From contig OZ024750.1 in the NCBI GenBank assembly GCA_964016885.1, positions 29,450,001-29,514,000 on the forward strand: a DNA stretch of 64,000 nt, written 5' to 3'. The stretch is from Eledone cirrhosa. Its lineage: Eukaryota. Below the pieces are notes generated by a model. It had not been told where the DNA came from. It worked only from the letters and a program-made list of their open reading frames with translations, and made no database searches. Both the position numbers and the translations under genes were made by a program. Below are positions 27,175 to 41,254 of this stretch, piece after piece; the stretch's first letter is position 1; every line of letters begins with the position of its first letter.

Positions 27175-27415
27175 TTAGAAGCACTCAACAGAAGGTTTTT
27201 AATATTATTCAAAATGTTAACAAATGAAAAATATTCTCAGTACTGCCAATACTGGAATTGAATAATCAAGACCGTAATGGTATGTCACATATCAAATCAT
27301 ATATTTTGTCTGATGAAAACGTACTTAAACACCATTGTACCTTTGAAATATGTATAATAAAGTATATATTTTGATTATGAGAATATTTTTCATTTGTTAA
27401 CATTTTGAATAATAT
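27175..27415 (+). mobile_element. Fold-back PLE remnant with hammerhead motif at 27301-27365
   Basis: ~38-bp inverted arms; atattttgt-CTGATGA-aaacgtac..gtaccttt-GAAA-tatgt-ATA-ataaagtat. Confidence 0.68.
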
Positions 27416-27748
27416 ATCATTTCATTTTACGTCCGCTTTTCCCTGCTTGCAAGGGTGGGACGGGAACTGATTCTGGCTTGATTTCTACAGCTGGATGCCC
27501 TTCCTAACACCAACCTCATTTACAGCGAGTGCTGGGTGCTTTTTTGCCGTGGCACCTCCACGACCACTTTGCAGTGGAATGATAGGGACCCCAGTCCCTC
27601 TCATCTCATTTCTACAGCTGAGTAAACTGGAGCAATGTGAAATAAAGTGTCTTGCTCAAGGAAACAACACATCACCCGGTCTGAGAATTGAACTCACAAT
27701 CTTTCGATTGCAAGGCCAATGCTCTAACCACTAAGCCATGTGCCTCCA
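27416..27748 (-). mobile_element. Full-length SINE family A
   Basis: Near-identical to 2209-2560. Confidence 0.88.
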
Positions 27749-27758
27749 TATATGTATG

Positions 27759-27791
<33 letters not shown>

Positions 27792-27801
27792 ATATAACTA
27801 T

Positions 27802-28275
27802 ATCATCATCATCATCATCATTTTACGTCCGCTTTTCCCTGCTTGCAAGGGTGGGACGGGTCTTATTCAACACAGCATCTCTCCACTTGTCACGGTCCTT
27901 CGTCAGCTCCACCGTGAGCTTCAGCGATCTGAGGTCTGTTCTCACCACCTCCGCCCATGTTTTTCGTGGTCTACCTCTACCACATCTTCCTTCAACTGGC
28001 ATTTCCTGGCACTTCTTCATCCATTGGTCATCCTCCATGCGCATCACATGTCCATACCTCTGCAGTCTCCTCTCTCGCACACTACATTCTATCCCTCTCA
28101 GACACAGTTTCTCTCTCAACACATTCATGCTGGGTCGTTCACACACATTGACATTGCACATCCAACAGAGCATGCTTGCCTCATTTCTCTCCAGCCGTCG
28201 CCTATCCTCTGCAGTTGCTGCCCATGTCTCACTACCATGCAGCATCGTGCTCCTCACACAGGCATCATATAACCG
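27802..28275 (-). mobile_element. RTE-clade LINE 3' fragment
   Basis: ORF 27823-28305: LYDACVRSTMLHGSETW...RRLQRYGHVMR...GRGRPRKTW, the typical RTE C-terminus; (ATG)n tail. Confidence 0.9.
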
Positions 28276-28740
28276 GCAATGTATATATATATATATAAAT
28301 TTCAAAGGGTATATATATATAATTAGACATAGTCACAGATACATATATGAGTTTGGCAACCATTCACAGTGTGGCTCAATGAAGAATTAATTAAATAATT
28401 ATTAATCAGAGCTATATATAAAAATGTAAGTCCAAAGAATCATTAGATAAAATATATACAGTATTTCCTCTCCCAATCAGTATAAATCAACCACATAAAA
28501 AATCATTTAAACATCTTCACCCAGCTGCATCTTCACCCAGACCACCCCACCCCGCTCCAAGCCTAGTCAACAAACTAGTCTCTTCTCTTCTTGTCACTAC
28601 CACTATGTCTCACCTTTAACATCTCTTACTAATCACAACACCCAACAACTCAGGTGAAGAAATGGAGAGGTAAGATTAAGTGAAGAAGAGAAAAGAGAAA
28701 AAGAAAGAACCAGAGATAATATTTATTAGCCCCTATATTT

Positions 28741-29137
28741 CTGGAAAAAGCCTTTGACAGAGTGCCGCGTGCTATAATCTGGTGGGCTCTTAGAAAACTA
28801 GGAGTAGATGAATGGCTTGTGAAAGCCGTACAAGCCATTTATAGAGGAGCAGTCAGCAAAGTTAAGGTTAACAATGACTATAGCGTGGAATTTAGCATAC
28901 AGGTCGGTGTCCACCAGGGCTCTGTTCTTAGCCCTCTCCTGTTTATTATAGTATTGCAGGCTATAACAGAGGAGTTTAAGACTGGATGCCCATGGGAACT
29001 TCTGTATGCGGATGATCTTACACTTATAGCTGAATCTATATCAAACCCAAATCAGTTCCCGTATGAGCAAGACAAGGTCACCCGACCTGGCATTGCCCTA
29101 GCGTGAAAGAATGAATGTAAAACGGTGATGATGATGA
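28741..29137 (+). pseudogene. RTE-type reverse transcriptase core fragment fused to a SINE-like tail
   Basis: LEKAFDRVP...GVHQGSVLSPLLF...LLYADD, then aatcagttcccgtatgagcaagac...gatgatg. Confidence 0.85.
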
Positions 29138-29514
29138 TTTTGGATGTACCATCATGAATCACACAGAGGCATAGAAAGCTTCTCTCCGTCATTCTATGAA
29201 GTTCCTTTCAGTCCCCTTCTCAATGGATGGTAAATCCAAAATATAAGGACCAATAAGTAACTCTATTTCTTGTTCTTTTCTCTTCCTCTTCTCCTCTCAA
29301 CCTCACCTCTGTTTTTTCATCAGATTTTGTTACAACCTCATCTGTATTGTAGTGGCTTCCCAAACACAACCAATAAAGAGTGGCTTCCCAAACACAACCA
29401 ATAAAGAGTTAACTAAACACAACCAATAAAGCATATACTAAACACAACCAATACAAGGTATACTAAACATAAGAATTGTTCTTGGTCATTTGATATTTTC
29501 TTAACTCTCTTTAA

Positions 29515-29945
29515 AATAATTGTTTCTACATTTTGCACAAGGTGAGCAATTTGAAGTGTTTGTGTGTGTGTGTGTGGGGGGGGAGGGGATTAAATTAACC
29601 CCAGTGTATTACTGGTACTTATTTTTATGACCCCATAAAGACGAAAGGTAAAGCTAATCTCAGCGGAATTTGAACTCAGAATGTAAAGAGCCATAAACTG
29701 TATGTCAGGAAGCATGGTGTCTGATACTCTACCAATTAAATAATGGTTTCTTATATAGGCACAAGGCCAGTAATTTGGGGGTAGGGGGAAGTCGATTAAA
29801 TCGACCCCAGTGCGTTACTGGTACTTTATTTTATCAACCCAGTAGGGATGAAAAGCAAAGCTAACCTCAGCGGTATTTGAACTCAGAATGTAAAGGGTGT
29901 AACTTTATGCTGCCAAGCATAAACAATATTCTCCATCCACCGCCC
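29515..29945 (-). mobile_element. Two tandem SINE family B copies
   Basis: Same ctggtactt...ggatgaaa...atttgaactcaga blocks as 14865-15605. Confidence 0.75.
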
Positions 29946-30875
29946 TTCTCTCTTTATAATAATAAATCCCCAAAAAGTTTTTTGAATGTCAATAAATTTG
30001 GTTTCCATGAGGAGTCAGAGAAAAAATATAACAACTGAAGTTTCAGACTCTAACCTCTTATCAGATTAAAGATGAAAAAAAGAGAATGTTAAAATATTTT
30101 TGATAATATGTAACCTTCGTGACCTGTACAGGAAATATTATAATAGTCATATGATTTGTATTTATTATATCAGCAATATGCAGATATAAAATAGTTTCAT
30201 AGATGCTTATGCAAATTATAGAATGTAAATGGTATATATTTACATAAATTTTCTATTTACAATATAAATATGAACAAAGAAAAATCTACATTTCTAGCAG
30301 ATATAAAGGTAACTATGGAATGTCGACATAGATTTTGTTGTTGGCTTTACTTGGGGTCAAGTTTCTTGTCATCTTTTGTTACATTCAGTTTTGTTTTCTT
30401 ATATTTACACACAATCATGAAAGAACTGAGCTGAATGAATTATTATGTTGTTTTTTTCTAACCCTTTTTCTTTCTTTGCTTGCAAAGTACTATCTGAAGG
30501 AATTGTGTAACAAGAGCTGGTCTTTATTTTATGAAATATTTCAATGTTTGTCAAGCAAAAACACTATATATATATATATATAGTGAAAACTGGAACGAGA
30601 ACAAAAACAGAGAGGCAGTACAAACAAAGGTTTATTAGTTTCACGCTCTTGAGAGTGGTGGCGGGGTGGGGGGGACGTTTCGGGCATAAGCCCTTCTTAT
30701 ATATATAACCAAATGAAAAAGATATATGTGTATATATAGAGAGAAAGAGCCATATACAGTATAAAAAACACAGTATATTGTATATATACCAAATACATAT
30801 TCCATAGAAGAATATGTACATAGGTGGAATCATAAGAGAAACCTTATAGCGCTATTTCAGTTCCATACCTGGAGA

Positions 30876-30911
<36 letters not shown>

Positions 30912-31911
30912 ACACAAACACACACAGACACACACACATATATAAATATATATATATAAATTTTAATAAGGCTACTGTGAGGTGGTCATGTAGGTTTCAC
31001 GACAAAAAACACCCAGTACACACTGTATGAGCAAGCATGGAAAAATAGATGTTAAGGGGTGATGATGATGATGATATAAATATATATAAATGGTGATGAT
31101 GATGTTGATATATATATATATATAAATATATATAAATAAACGGTGATGATGATGATGATGATGAATGGTATTTATATATTGCCGAAATATGTTTAGATCA
31201 GTATTTCTGAGATAGAAGACAATGACCTTAGCTACTTCAAACCTATTTTATATAGCTGATAAGTGTAGCTGGGTGAGGCTAGTGTAGTATATATTCAATT
31301 TGAACTTTACTATGCTAGTTATTGTCTAGCAGGAAAAAGCTACAGTTGATATTGATATTTTCATATTCAAGGTTCAAATTTTATCTCCATCTTAGAATTG
31401 AATAGCTACAAATAGTAAACTACAATAAAAAGTCTCCAGAAACCTTAGAAGAAATTAATAATTAAATATTTCTATACAAACTCCTTGTTCCTTCTTCTTC
31501 TTCTTCTTCTTCTTTTTTGCCCACTTATTCCTGAGAGGGTCGTGTGGGGGGCAGAGTCCTCAAACCCTCCTTCCACGGGTCCTGTCAGAAGTAACCATCT
31601 CCAACTGATCCATGTACATGTCACGACAAAAAGCTCCCAGCCCACACTGTAAAGTGGTTGTTTAGGTGACACAACAAAAAGCACCCAGTCCACACTGTAA
31701 AGTGGTCATGTAGGTATCACAACAAAAAGCACCCTGTACACACAGTAAATATGGGTGGCATTAGGAAGGGCATCCAGCTGTAGAAACAAAGACAAAATCA
31801 TTTATGTGTGAACAAAACACGGTTTTCTGACTTCGCTGTCTCACATCAGAACAGCATGTCTAACCCTGCTAGCATGGAAAATGGACGATTAACAATGATG
31901 ATGATGATGAT

Positions 31912-32691
31912 AAATGCCCTGTTCCATTTATTGTAGCTGATCCAAAGTTTTTAAGAAAGAAAGACATTTCACTCAGTCAGAAAGCTCAATGCTCTCAAGA
32001 TATGGCTCCTTCTAACTTCTGGTTGTCACCAAAATTGAAGATGCCACTGAAAGGCTCCCACATTTAGAACTGAAAGTACATCATATGGACTACAACAGTG
32101 GAATTGAGAGACAGTCCAGAAGTGACATTCCAGAAGAGATATTCCAGATAGGACATTCCAGAAGAGATATTCTAGATATGACATTTCAGAAGAGACATTT
32201 CAGAAGAGATATTCCATAAAAGACAGTCCAGATATGACATTCTAGATATGACAGTCCAGATATGACAGTCCAGAAGAGACATTTCAGATATGACAGTCCA
32301 GATATGACAGTCCAGCAGAGACATTTCAGATATGACAGTCCAGAAGAGACATTTCAGATATGACAGTCCAGATATGACAGTCCAGCAGAGACATTTCAGA
32401 TATGACAGTCCAGAAGAGACATTTCAGATATGACAGTCCAGCAGAGACATTTCAGATATGACAGTCCAGATATGACAGTCCAGAAGAGACATTTCAGATA
32501 TGACAGTCCAGATATGACAGTCCAGAAGAGACATTTCAGATATGACAGTCCAGATATGACAGTCCAGAAGAGACATTTCAGATATTACAGTCCAGATATG
32601 ACAGTCCAGAAGAGATATTCCAGATATGCTTCCAACTACATACATTTTTTTTCTCAGCCTAATATCAGATATTTTTTCAACTGACCTCATA
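31912..32691 (+). mobile_element. Decayed mariner 3' portion containing a 14/28-bp modular minisatellite
   Basis: Translation CSQDMAPSNFWLSPKLKMPLKGSH resembles the YSPDLAP.DF.LF motif. The gacagtccaga(tat/agagacatttcagatat) array runs 32110-32630, followed by a TIR-like end ...caactgacctcata. Confidence 0.6.
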
Positions 32692-32719
32692 GATTATATC
32701 ATGTATTTTAATTACCACC

Positions 32720-33038
32720 ACCATCATCATCATCATAATCATCAATACCATAATCTTCATAGATTATATCGTTTTAATTACCATCATCATCATCATTGAT
32801 ATCATTTTCATAGATTATATCATATTTTCTCCACCACCACCATCACCACTACCACTACCACCACAACAACAACAACAACAACAATCACCACTATCATCAC
32901 TACTACAGCAGACACCAACACCTCTACCACCAACACCACCACCTCCACCATCATCACCTCGACCACCATCATAATCATCACCATCACCATCGCTATCACT
33001 ATCATCATCATCACCATCACCACCATCACCACCACCAT

Positions 33039-33069
<31 letters not shown>

Positions 33070-33170
33070 ACCTACACCATCATCAAAACATCACCATCAC
33101 CACCACCACCACCAACACCTCCACCACCACCATCATCATCATCAACATCACCATCATCATCATCACCATT
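32720..33170. repeat. (ACC/ATC)n degenerate trinucleotide repeat
   Basis: Directly visible. Confidence 0.9.
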
Positions 33171-33350
33171 GTCCTAGCTATTATACCCTAAAGGAAAATT
33201 AGACAGGGAGCAGGCATAAACAACATATGATCCCAGATATAGTCTGTCTAATATAAAGGGGAAGGTTTTGACAACCTAAACCCCTAATTATAAATACTGT
33301 CTGACACCTTTACAGTATTCTTGTTTTTTACAGCAAGTATCAGCCCTGAA

Positions 33351-33678
33351 CTAGGTTTAGGGTGAGGGTTAGGGTTAGAGTTAGGGTTAGGGTTAGGGTG
33401 AGAGATGGGGTTAGAGTTAGGGTGAGAGATAGGGTTAGGGTTAGAGTTAGGGTGAGAGATAGGGTTAGGGTTAGGGTTAGTGCTAAGGTTAGGTTTAAGG
33501 TTAGTGTTAAGTTTATGGTTGGGGTTAGAGTTAGGGTTGGGATGAGGTTATTGTTAGGGTTAGGGTGAGGTATGGGGTTAGGGTTAGAGTTAGGGTTAAA
33601 TTAGAATTAGGGCGAGAGATGGGATTAGGGTTAGGATTAGGGTTAGGGTTAGGGTTAGTGTTTGGGTTAGAGTTAGGG
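33351..33678 (+). repeat. Degenerate interstitial telomeric-type (TTAGGG)n
   Basis: Many TTAGGG units with TTAGAG and TGAGGG variants. Confidence 0.85.
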
Positions 33679-35301
33679 CAAGACACAACAGGTACATTTG
33701 AGATACTATTCAGCATAAAATGCATACATATAGCAGTAGGGTGGGGTGGTGATGTACATGGTGGTGTTGGTGGTGGTGGTGTGGGGGGGGGGTTGTATGG
33801 GATATGTTCATGGTAGTGGAGGTGATGGTGGTGGTGGTGGTGGTGGTGGTGGAGGCGGGGATGGGGTTGTGTACGATATGTCCATGGTGGTGGAGGTGGT
33901 GGTGGGGATAAGATTGTTTGTGATATGTCCATGGTGGTGGAGGTGTGGTGGGGGATAGGATTGTTTATGATATGTCCATGGTGGTGGTGGTGGTGGTGGG
34001 GGTTGTGGCGGGGAGGGGGGAGGGGTATGTATGCGATATGCTCTTGGTGGTGGTGGTGGTGGTGTGTGTGTGTGTGTGGGGGGGGGGGGGGTATTTTGTT
34101 TTTCTTCTTTTTTGCTGATGTCAAGATGAAGGACACTGCTTCTGGCGATGGGGGAGGGAGGGAAGGGGTCAATACACTCAGGCTGGGGGTCGGACTAGAG
34201 TAGTTTAAGAAAACCAGGTTAACAATGGCTTAGTTTTTTAGTTTGTGTCTCATGAATTCCATGTGTAAGCTTAGTGAGGTAAGATGCCTTCCAGCTGGTT
34301 TGGTTACACATACTGACTTACATAGACACCCACATACACATGTACACACAGACATGTACACATGCATACACATATACATACATACATATACACACAGGCA
34401 CACACATGTGCACATATATATATATATACACACACACATGCACATATACACACATATGCACATGCACACACATGCACATACATGCCCACACATATACACA
34501 CACATACACACACATGCACACACATATACACACACATGCACATACATTCCCACACATATACACACACATGCACACACACATGCACACATGTTCGTGTACA
34601 CACATACACATATGCACACGCATACATACATACATACACACATGCACACACATACATACACACTCGCACATGTACACACATACATGCACATGCACACACA
34701 CATACACATATACACATACATGCACACACTTATACAGATACATGCATACACAAATAAACACACACACACAGACACACACATATACATGGCAGGCTTCTTT
34801 ATAGTTATCACCTATCAAATTCCAATCACAATGCATTGGTTGACCCAGGATTATAGTAGAAGACACTGGCCCATGAAGCCACACTGGGACTGAACCCTTA
34901 CACACATACATACACATGCAGAGGCACACACACACACACATGCAGAGGCACACACACACACACATGCAGAGGCACACACACACACACACACACATATATA
35001 CACACATGGTTTCATAACAAACCTCTTAATCACACAGCCATACCTGTCACTACCACAGCCTTACCTGTTACTATCACAGCCATACCTGTCACTATCACAG
35101 CCATACCAGTCATTAGCAGTCATAACTGTAACTCCCACAGCTATACCAGTCATTAACACAGCTATACCTGTCACTACCACAGCCATACCTGTCATTACCA
35201 CAGCCATACCTGTCATTACCACAGCCTTACCTGCGTCCTTTGAGTTTAATAAATTGTGTAATAAAGAAAGAAACCTGATGCCAGTTGTCATAAAATATAT
35301 A

Positions 35302-35677
35302 CATCATCATCATCATTCGTCGACTACTGTCGCGATGACGGATCTCACTCTCATGCCCCAGAATTCCAGGAACCCTGGTGCAGTTAGTTGCGAAATCCAT
35401 CATCTTTTCAAATAGCTAATAATGGCTATCCAAAACCAGCACGGCCCGCCGAAAGGCGCTTCAGTGCCGGAAAAGTCAACTTCCTGCTACTAGTATGCTG
35501 GTAAGCTAGTACAACGTATCTCCAGACGGATAGAGTGGGTCCGTAGCTTTGGTTAGCGACTACTCTAGTGCTTGCAACACGAACAATTAGGGCGAGGGTA
35601 TAAATGCCAGGTTGGTATCTGGCGCCGGGTAACCCACCACACGGAGGAGAAAGCACCTTCTTCAAGACTTGGCTGTC
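35302..35677 (-). mobile_element. Putative non-autonomous RTE-derived element (5' UTR-like segment joined to an RTE-type 3' end)
   Basis: CpG-rich island; the minus strand ends gagatccgtcatcgcgacagtagtcgacgaa(tga)n; no ORF homology seen. Confidence 0.45.
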
Positions 35678-36024
35678 AAAATATATACAATATACTCAAT
35701 ACACATTATAACACTGTATAACATACTATAACCCACTATATACACATAACTAACAAGAAGCAGAGATGTAAACAGCAATAAACAGCCATCTCATTGTTAT
35801 TTCCTTCCGAAAAATAAAAATAAAAATACATTAGCAGCCACCTGTACAAATAGTTTCATCTAGAAAGTCAAAGAAACTCTTGAAATAGCAATCTGACAAT
35901 GGATCTTTTAGTGTCATTTTCCAAAGAAAACATAAAGTATAAAATGCTAATTTAAAAAAAAAGGAAATTGAAACAAAAAACATACACCACCACTACCCCC
36001 TCAGGAGTTACAGGTCCATTCATA

Positions 36025-36553
36025 CACACTGGGGTGCTGAAATGTTCCTGGCTTAAGGGTATTGCGAAAGGGTAGAGCTGTGTTACTTTTACAGAGGAGG
36101 TAGGACCGCTGCAATACTTTTACGAGACTGTTACTTTTCCAGGGGAGGTAGGACCACTTCAATACTACTGTTACAAGACTGTTACCTTTACAGAGGAGGT
36201 AGAACCGATCCAATACTGTTACAAGACTGTTACCTTTACAGGGGAGGTAGGACTGCTGCAATACTGTTTCAAGACTGTTACCCTTACAGGGGAAGTAGGA
36301 CTGCTGCAATTCTGTTACAAGACTGTTTCCTTTACAGGAGGGGTTGGATCACTGCAATAAGTGTGTGAATCTGAGAGGGGAATATGTTGAATAAATCATA
36401 GTTAACTGATCCTCCTGTATTCTATTTTAACTGTTCCTCTTCTATTTTCTTATAACTGATCCTCCTATAATTTCTTTTAACTGATCCTCCTGTATTTTAT
36501 TTTAACTGATCCTCCTCTATTTTATTTTACCCAAAGCCAGGAACTTTTTCTTC
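36025..36553 (+). mobile_element. mariner-like non-autonomous element with internal ~48-bp and ~26-bp tandem repeats
   Basis: Imperfect TIRs ggggtgctgaaatgttcctggctt / aagccaggaactttttcttcagcactc; C-terminal remnant CNKCVNLRGEYVE*. Confidence 0.65.
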
Positions 36554-36964
36554 AGCACTCAGTACATTCTAGTTCTCCATTCTATCATTTCTGTAAGAAT
36601 TTACCTGAACATTTTTTTATTTCCTCTTCCCTCATGATTCACACCTCCCTAACAAACGACTGTTTTGTGTTTGTCTATCATCTGTTCTCAAGTTTCTGAC
36701 ACGAATTCATGTTTCCTCATGCTTCATTGCTTCAACATTCCCCTTTTGATAAGGTTCTGATCAATTTCACACTGAACACTTGTTACTTGTTTCAAATCCA
36801 AGTTTTATGCTATAGATATAATCTCTTTTCTATAGCATATATCATCATCATCATCATCATCAACACTGTCATTGTTATTATCGGCCTTGGATTTTTAGCT
36901 CTAATTGTCTCATAGAGCTATAGTAGAGCCTCATGATCATTTACATATATATATATATATATAT

Positions 36965-37167
36965 GACAAAGAAAGTGTGGTAAGAAACGAGGTGGACCAT
37001 AACGCACCAGAGTACTCAATACTTAGGGTAGTAGAGTGGGTAATAGGAAAAGAGTCAGGACTGCGACAGCTGAGCTCCGGCCATTTCTACAGCTAGATCT
37101 GAATCAGTTTGGATCTAGCTGTGGAAATGGCCGGAGCTTAGCCGTCGGGGTCCTGACTCTTTTCCTA
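36965..37167. mobile_element. Fold-back PLE remnant
   Basis: ataggaaaagagtcagga...tcctgactcttttcctat; homologous to 2740-2903. Confidence 0.6.
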
Positions 37168-37179
37168 TATATATATATA

Positions 37180-37525
37180 GGAGGCACATGGCTTAGTGGT
37201 TAGAGCATTGGCCTTGCAATCGAAAGGTTGTGAGTTCAATTCTCAGACCGGGTGATGTGTTGTTTCCTTGAGCAAGACACTTTATTTCACATTGCTCCAG
37301 TTTACTCAGCTGTAGAAATGAGATGATAGGGTCTGGGGTCCATATCATTCCACTGTAAAGTGGTCGTGCAGGTGCCACGGCAAAAAAGCACCCGGCACTC
37401 ACTGGAAATGAGGTTGGTGTTAGGAAGGGCATCCAGCTGTAGAAATCAAGCCAGAATCAGTTCCCGTCCCACCCTTGCAAGCAGGGGAAAAGCGGACGTA
37501 AAATGAAATGATGAAATGATGATAT
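37180..37525 (+). mobile_element. Full-length SINE family A
   Basis: A box TGGCTTAGTGG, B box GAGTTCAATTC, central ccttgagcaagacac, RTE-like tail and (ATG)n. Confidence 0.9.
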
Positions 37526-38278
37526 ATATATATTTACATATATATATATACACATATATATCTTATATATAGAGAGAGACACAGAGTAGGAAACAAGCCA
37601 GAAACAGTTCTGTATATACAAGATATGATCATCTGATCTGACTTGTCTCACGATGGGACAACTTATCTAATCAATGCTAGTGTGGAAAAATGGATGTTAA
37701 ATAATGATGATGACGGTGATTATATACATATATATGTGTGAATATAAATATATATATATATCATCATCATCTTCGTTTAACGTCCATTTCTCCATGCTGG
37801 CATGGGTTAGACATATATATATTTTTTTCCTTTGGCCAAGCCCTTGTGCACTCTATATTTGTGTAATTTGCCTAAAGTTTTAACTTGTCTTTACCTGTAT
37901 TGTTATGTCCCAATGTGCACTGGAATGAATGGTATTGACCTTAATGTACTGAAACCATAGTGATTTCCCCTGAGGTTGACTGAGGAGATGGGACTGTCAG
38001 GTTTGTCCAGTGTGCACCCTATTTTGAATATATATATATATATATGTAAATATAAATTCAGCGAGAATCGTGTTTCGGCCGGTAGAAAAAGCGAAACGAA
38101 ACACAAAATCGTAGAAATGCTGGCATGCGCTCCAATAGTTAAGAAAACTAGAGCTAAACAATATGTTAAAACGTCATACAAACTGAAAAAGTGGTCAAGA
38201 AGGCATTAACCACCTAAGCCAACAAAACAAATCAAGCTAAACAGGTCAAACAAAATAAATGATAAAAACAGACCTGGA

Positions 38279-38440
38279 CCCTTCTCACTCAACGTTAAAA
38301 CCAATGTAGGAAAAAACTTTCTAGCCCTCTTAGATAGACACTTTCCCATAAGTCATAAATACCGATCCATCTTTAACCGACACAAAGTTAAACTAGGATA
38401 CTCCTGCGCTAAGAACATGAAGGCCCACATCACCAGCAGC
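38279..38440 (+). pseudogene. Penelope-like RT-thumb/linker fragment
   Basis: Manual translation PFSLNVKTNVGKNFLALLDRHFPISHKYRSIFNRHKVKLGYSCAKNMKAHITS, resembling the PLE motif PP(Y/F)S.NVKTN.G..FL.L...HF....IFNR..VK.SYSC..N. Confidence 0.75.
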
Positions 38441-38993
38441 CCTCAACTGCAAAGCTGCATGTTCTCAGAACCACTACACCAGTCTTTCGATGTGTGCAGC
38501 TGGAACTATTGCCACCCATTGATTTGGCAGGTTTTTTTTTTTTTTAGATGGCCGTTGACTCTTATGAGTTCTTCCCCTCTTTGTGAGGTTTTTTTTTTGT
38601 CCTGCAGGGTGTCCAAAATCCCCCTCCTCACCAAGTAAACTTGGCCAAAGAAGATATATATATATATATATGAGAATAAACATGCTGCGGAGTTGCAAAT
38701 GGGTTACATATGAATAAAGTGGTCCTTCATCAGTGATCTTCCAACCATCATCGGTATTTCTTCGCTTTAAAGACCATATACCTCCGGTTGGTGTGAGCAA
38801 CGGCTAAAGAAAGTCGTTGGGACATGTAAATAAAGGGAACAGCGAGAGTGTAAACAAACAAAGATGGTGAAGCAACGAAAAGTGAGGAAGAGCGATTCAA
38901 GTCCAAAAATTTCTATGAATATAAGTTCGGTGAAATCGTGAACGAGAGAGAATAAAGACCATCAAACCTGGTTGAAATGTGAGCAAGGAAGGA

Positions 38994-39050
<57 letters not shown>

Positions 39051-39215
39051 AAGAGATATTTGAGTGTGTGTGTATATACATATATAAACACACACACACT
39101 CAAATATCTCTTTCTCTCGCTGAAGCGTGAAACTAATAATAACATTTGTACTGCCTCTTCACTTCCACGTTTTTTTTTGTTTTCTGTTTATGTCACAACT
39201 TTAAAATATATATAT

Positions 39216-39269
<54 letters not shown>

Positions 39270-39596
39270 ATGTGTGTGTGTATGTGTATGCATATATATA
39301 TATAAATATTAGTGTATATATATATGTACATATATATATTTGTAGGTGCCTTATTCTAGAATAACATGGCACTGGTTTTGTCACAACAGTTACCACACCT
39401 GCACTAATTGGATGACCTAAATAACAACCATTTCACTGCATAGATTTCTCTTGTTAATGTTATCAATAAGGTGGGTATACTGGACAAAAAACAAACCCCA
39501 AAAAATAACAAAAACAAAACAATAAAACAAAACACAAAGAAAAACCTGTCTGAAATATATATACTGTACTGATTGTTCGTTATTTCTGTTTACCTA

Positions 39597-39657
<61 letters not shown>

Positions 39658-40436
39658 TACACACACATATATAAATATCTCTCTATATATATATGTGTGT
39701 GTGTGTCGACGGAGGGGTGAGGGTAAACCACAGTAAGTAAGGTACTCAATACATTAGAAGAGTGTATACAACAAATTTAATATAGAAGTGACTTCTATAG
39801 GACTAGAACTGTTTCATTCAGATTTTCTTCGAATGAAATAGTTCTAGTTCTGTAGACCTGAAGACACCATTCCTATATTTGTTTATATATATATAGAAAC
39901 GGCTTGAGCTCAGCCGTCGGGGTCTTACTCGTTCCTATTACCCACTCTACTACTCTAAGTATTGAGTACTTTGGTGCGTTATGGTCCACCTGGTTCCTTA
40001 CCACATTTCCTTCGTTATATATATATATATATATATGGGTCCACACTATAAACGTGGTTGGTGTTAGGAAGGGCATCCAGCCGTAGAAAACCTGCCAGAC
40101 AGTCCTATACGAGCGAGACATGGTCACCCGACCGATCTTGCCTCAAGTAGGACAATTCCCGTCTAAACCCATGCTAGCATGGAAGATAGACGTTAAACGA
40201 TGATGATGATGATGATGATATGGGTGTGTTATTGCTATAATCTGTTTTGTTGTATAAGGAACAAAAGCAACTCAGATCTCCTTTCAGTATTCCATTTAGT
40301 TTTATTACATTTTACTTTTATTTTCTGACAGATTTTTTTGTATTTCCCAAAAACCAGACCATTTCTATAAAAGAGTTCACAGAAGCAAAATGACACTGAA
40401 TTCTCTTTTTAAAATGTTGATTAAAACTTTCCTTAA

Positions 40437-40666
40437 CCCTTTAGCATTAAAACGGCTGTATCTGGTCAGAATTCTCCCACCTCTTTCTGTTCAAATTGGT
40501 TGTAACCGGCTGTAACCAGCCACTCATATTGATGTTAAGGTATTTTTCTCAAAATAAATAAAATCAAAAGCTCATAGATTCAATATTATGTGAGATAATC
40601 ATCTGAGGTAAAGCCTTTACCATGAAAATATAACAGTAAATATAGAGTAATGGAAATGGTAAAGGG
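40437..40666 (-). mobile_element. piggyBac-like MITE (inverted)
   Basis: TTAA|CCCTTTAG...TAAAGGG|TTAA; reverse complement of the 54157 copy. Confidence 0.8.
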
Positions 40667-41219
40667 TTAAAACTATCATTAAAAACAGGTAGGGTGTAGA
40701 AGTTCATTAAAACTTTCATTAAAGACAGATAAGATGTTGTTTAAAGCTTCAGGGTAGAAAGGGAAGTTATGGATGTTGTCTTGAACAATTCTCATTGCGA
40801 CTTCAAATTTTACATTGAAAATATAAATTTACAACTCAGCTATCTTTCTCAGTGTAGGTATATATTGCATGAAATGTAAAGTGAATGAGGCCTTCTCTAG
40901 ATAAACCACGAGAAAGTTGACTTTTCCTCCAGTTACTCCACCAAATTTAATACATTACTAGGTTTGACATATTTATACAGTCTTTATCCCGTCAATCTTA
41001 AATATATTCTGTAGTTGCTCTAGTTTTTTTATGATTCATTCTCTTAATTTGATTTGTGGGCTGGTTTGTTGGCTTCATTCAGTTGCAGCTTATCCTATGT
41101 AGAGTATTTTTTTTTACTCATGCATACATACGTATATATATATATATATAAGACCCGTCCCACACTTGCAAGCAGGGAAAAGCAGACGTAAAATGATGAT
41201 GATGATGATGATGATGTAT

Positions 41220-41254
<35 letters not shown>

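Noticed and set aside
37180-37255. tRNA gene
   Set aside because: A/B boxes are present, but the sequence continues into a SINE body repeated many times in the window; no complete cloverleaf is evident.
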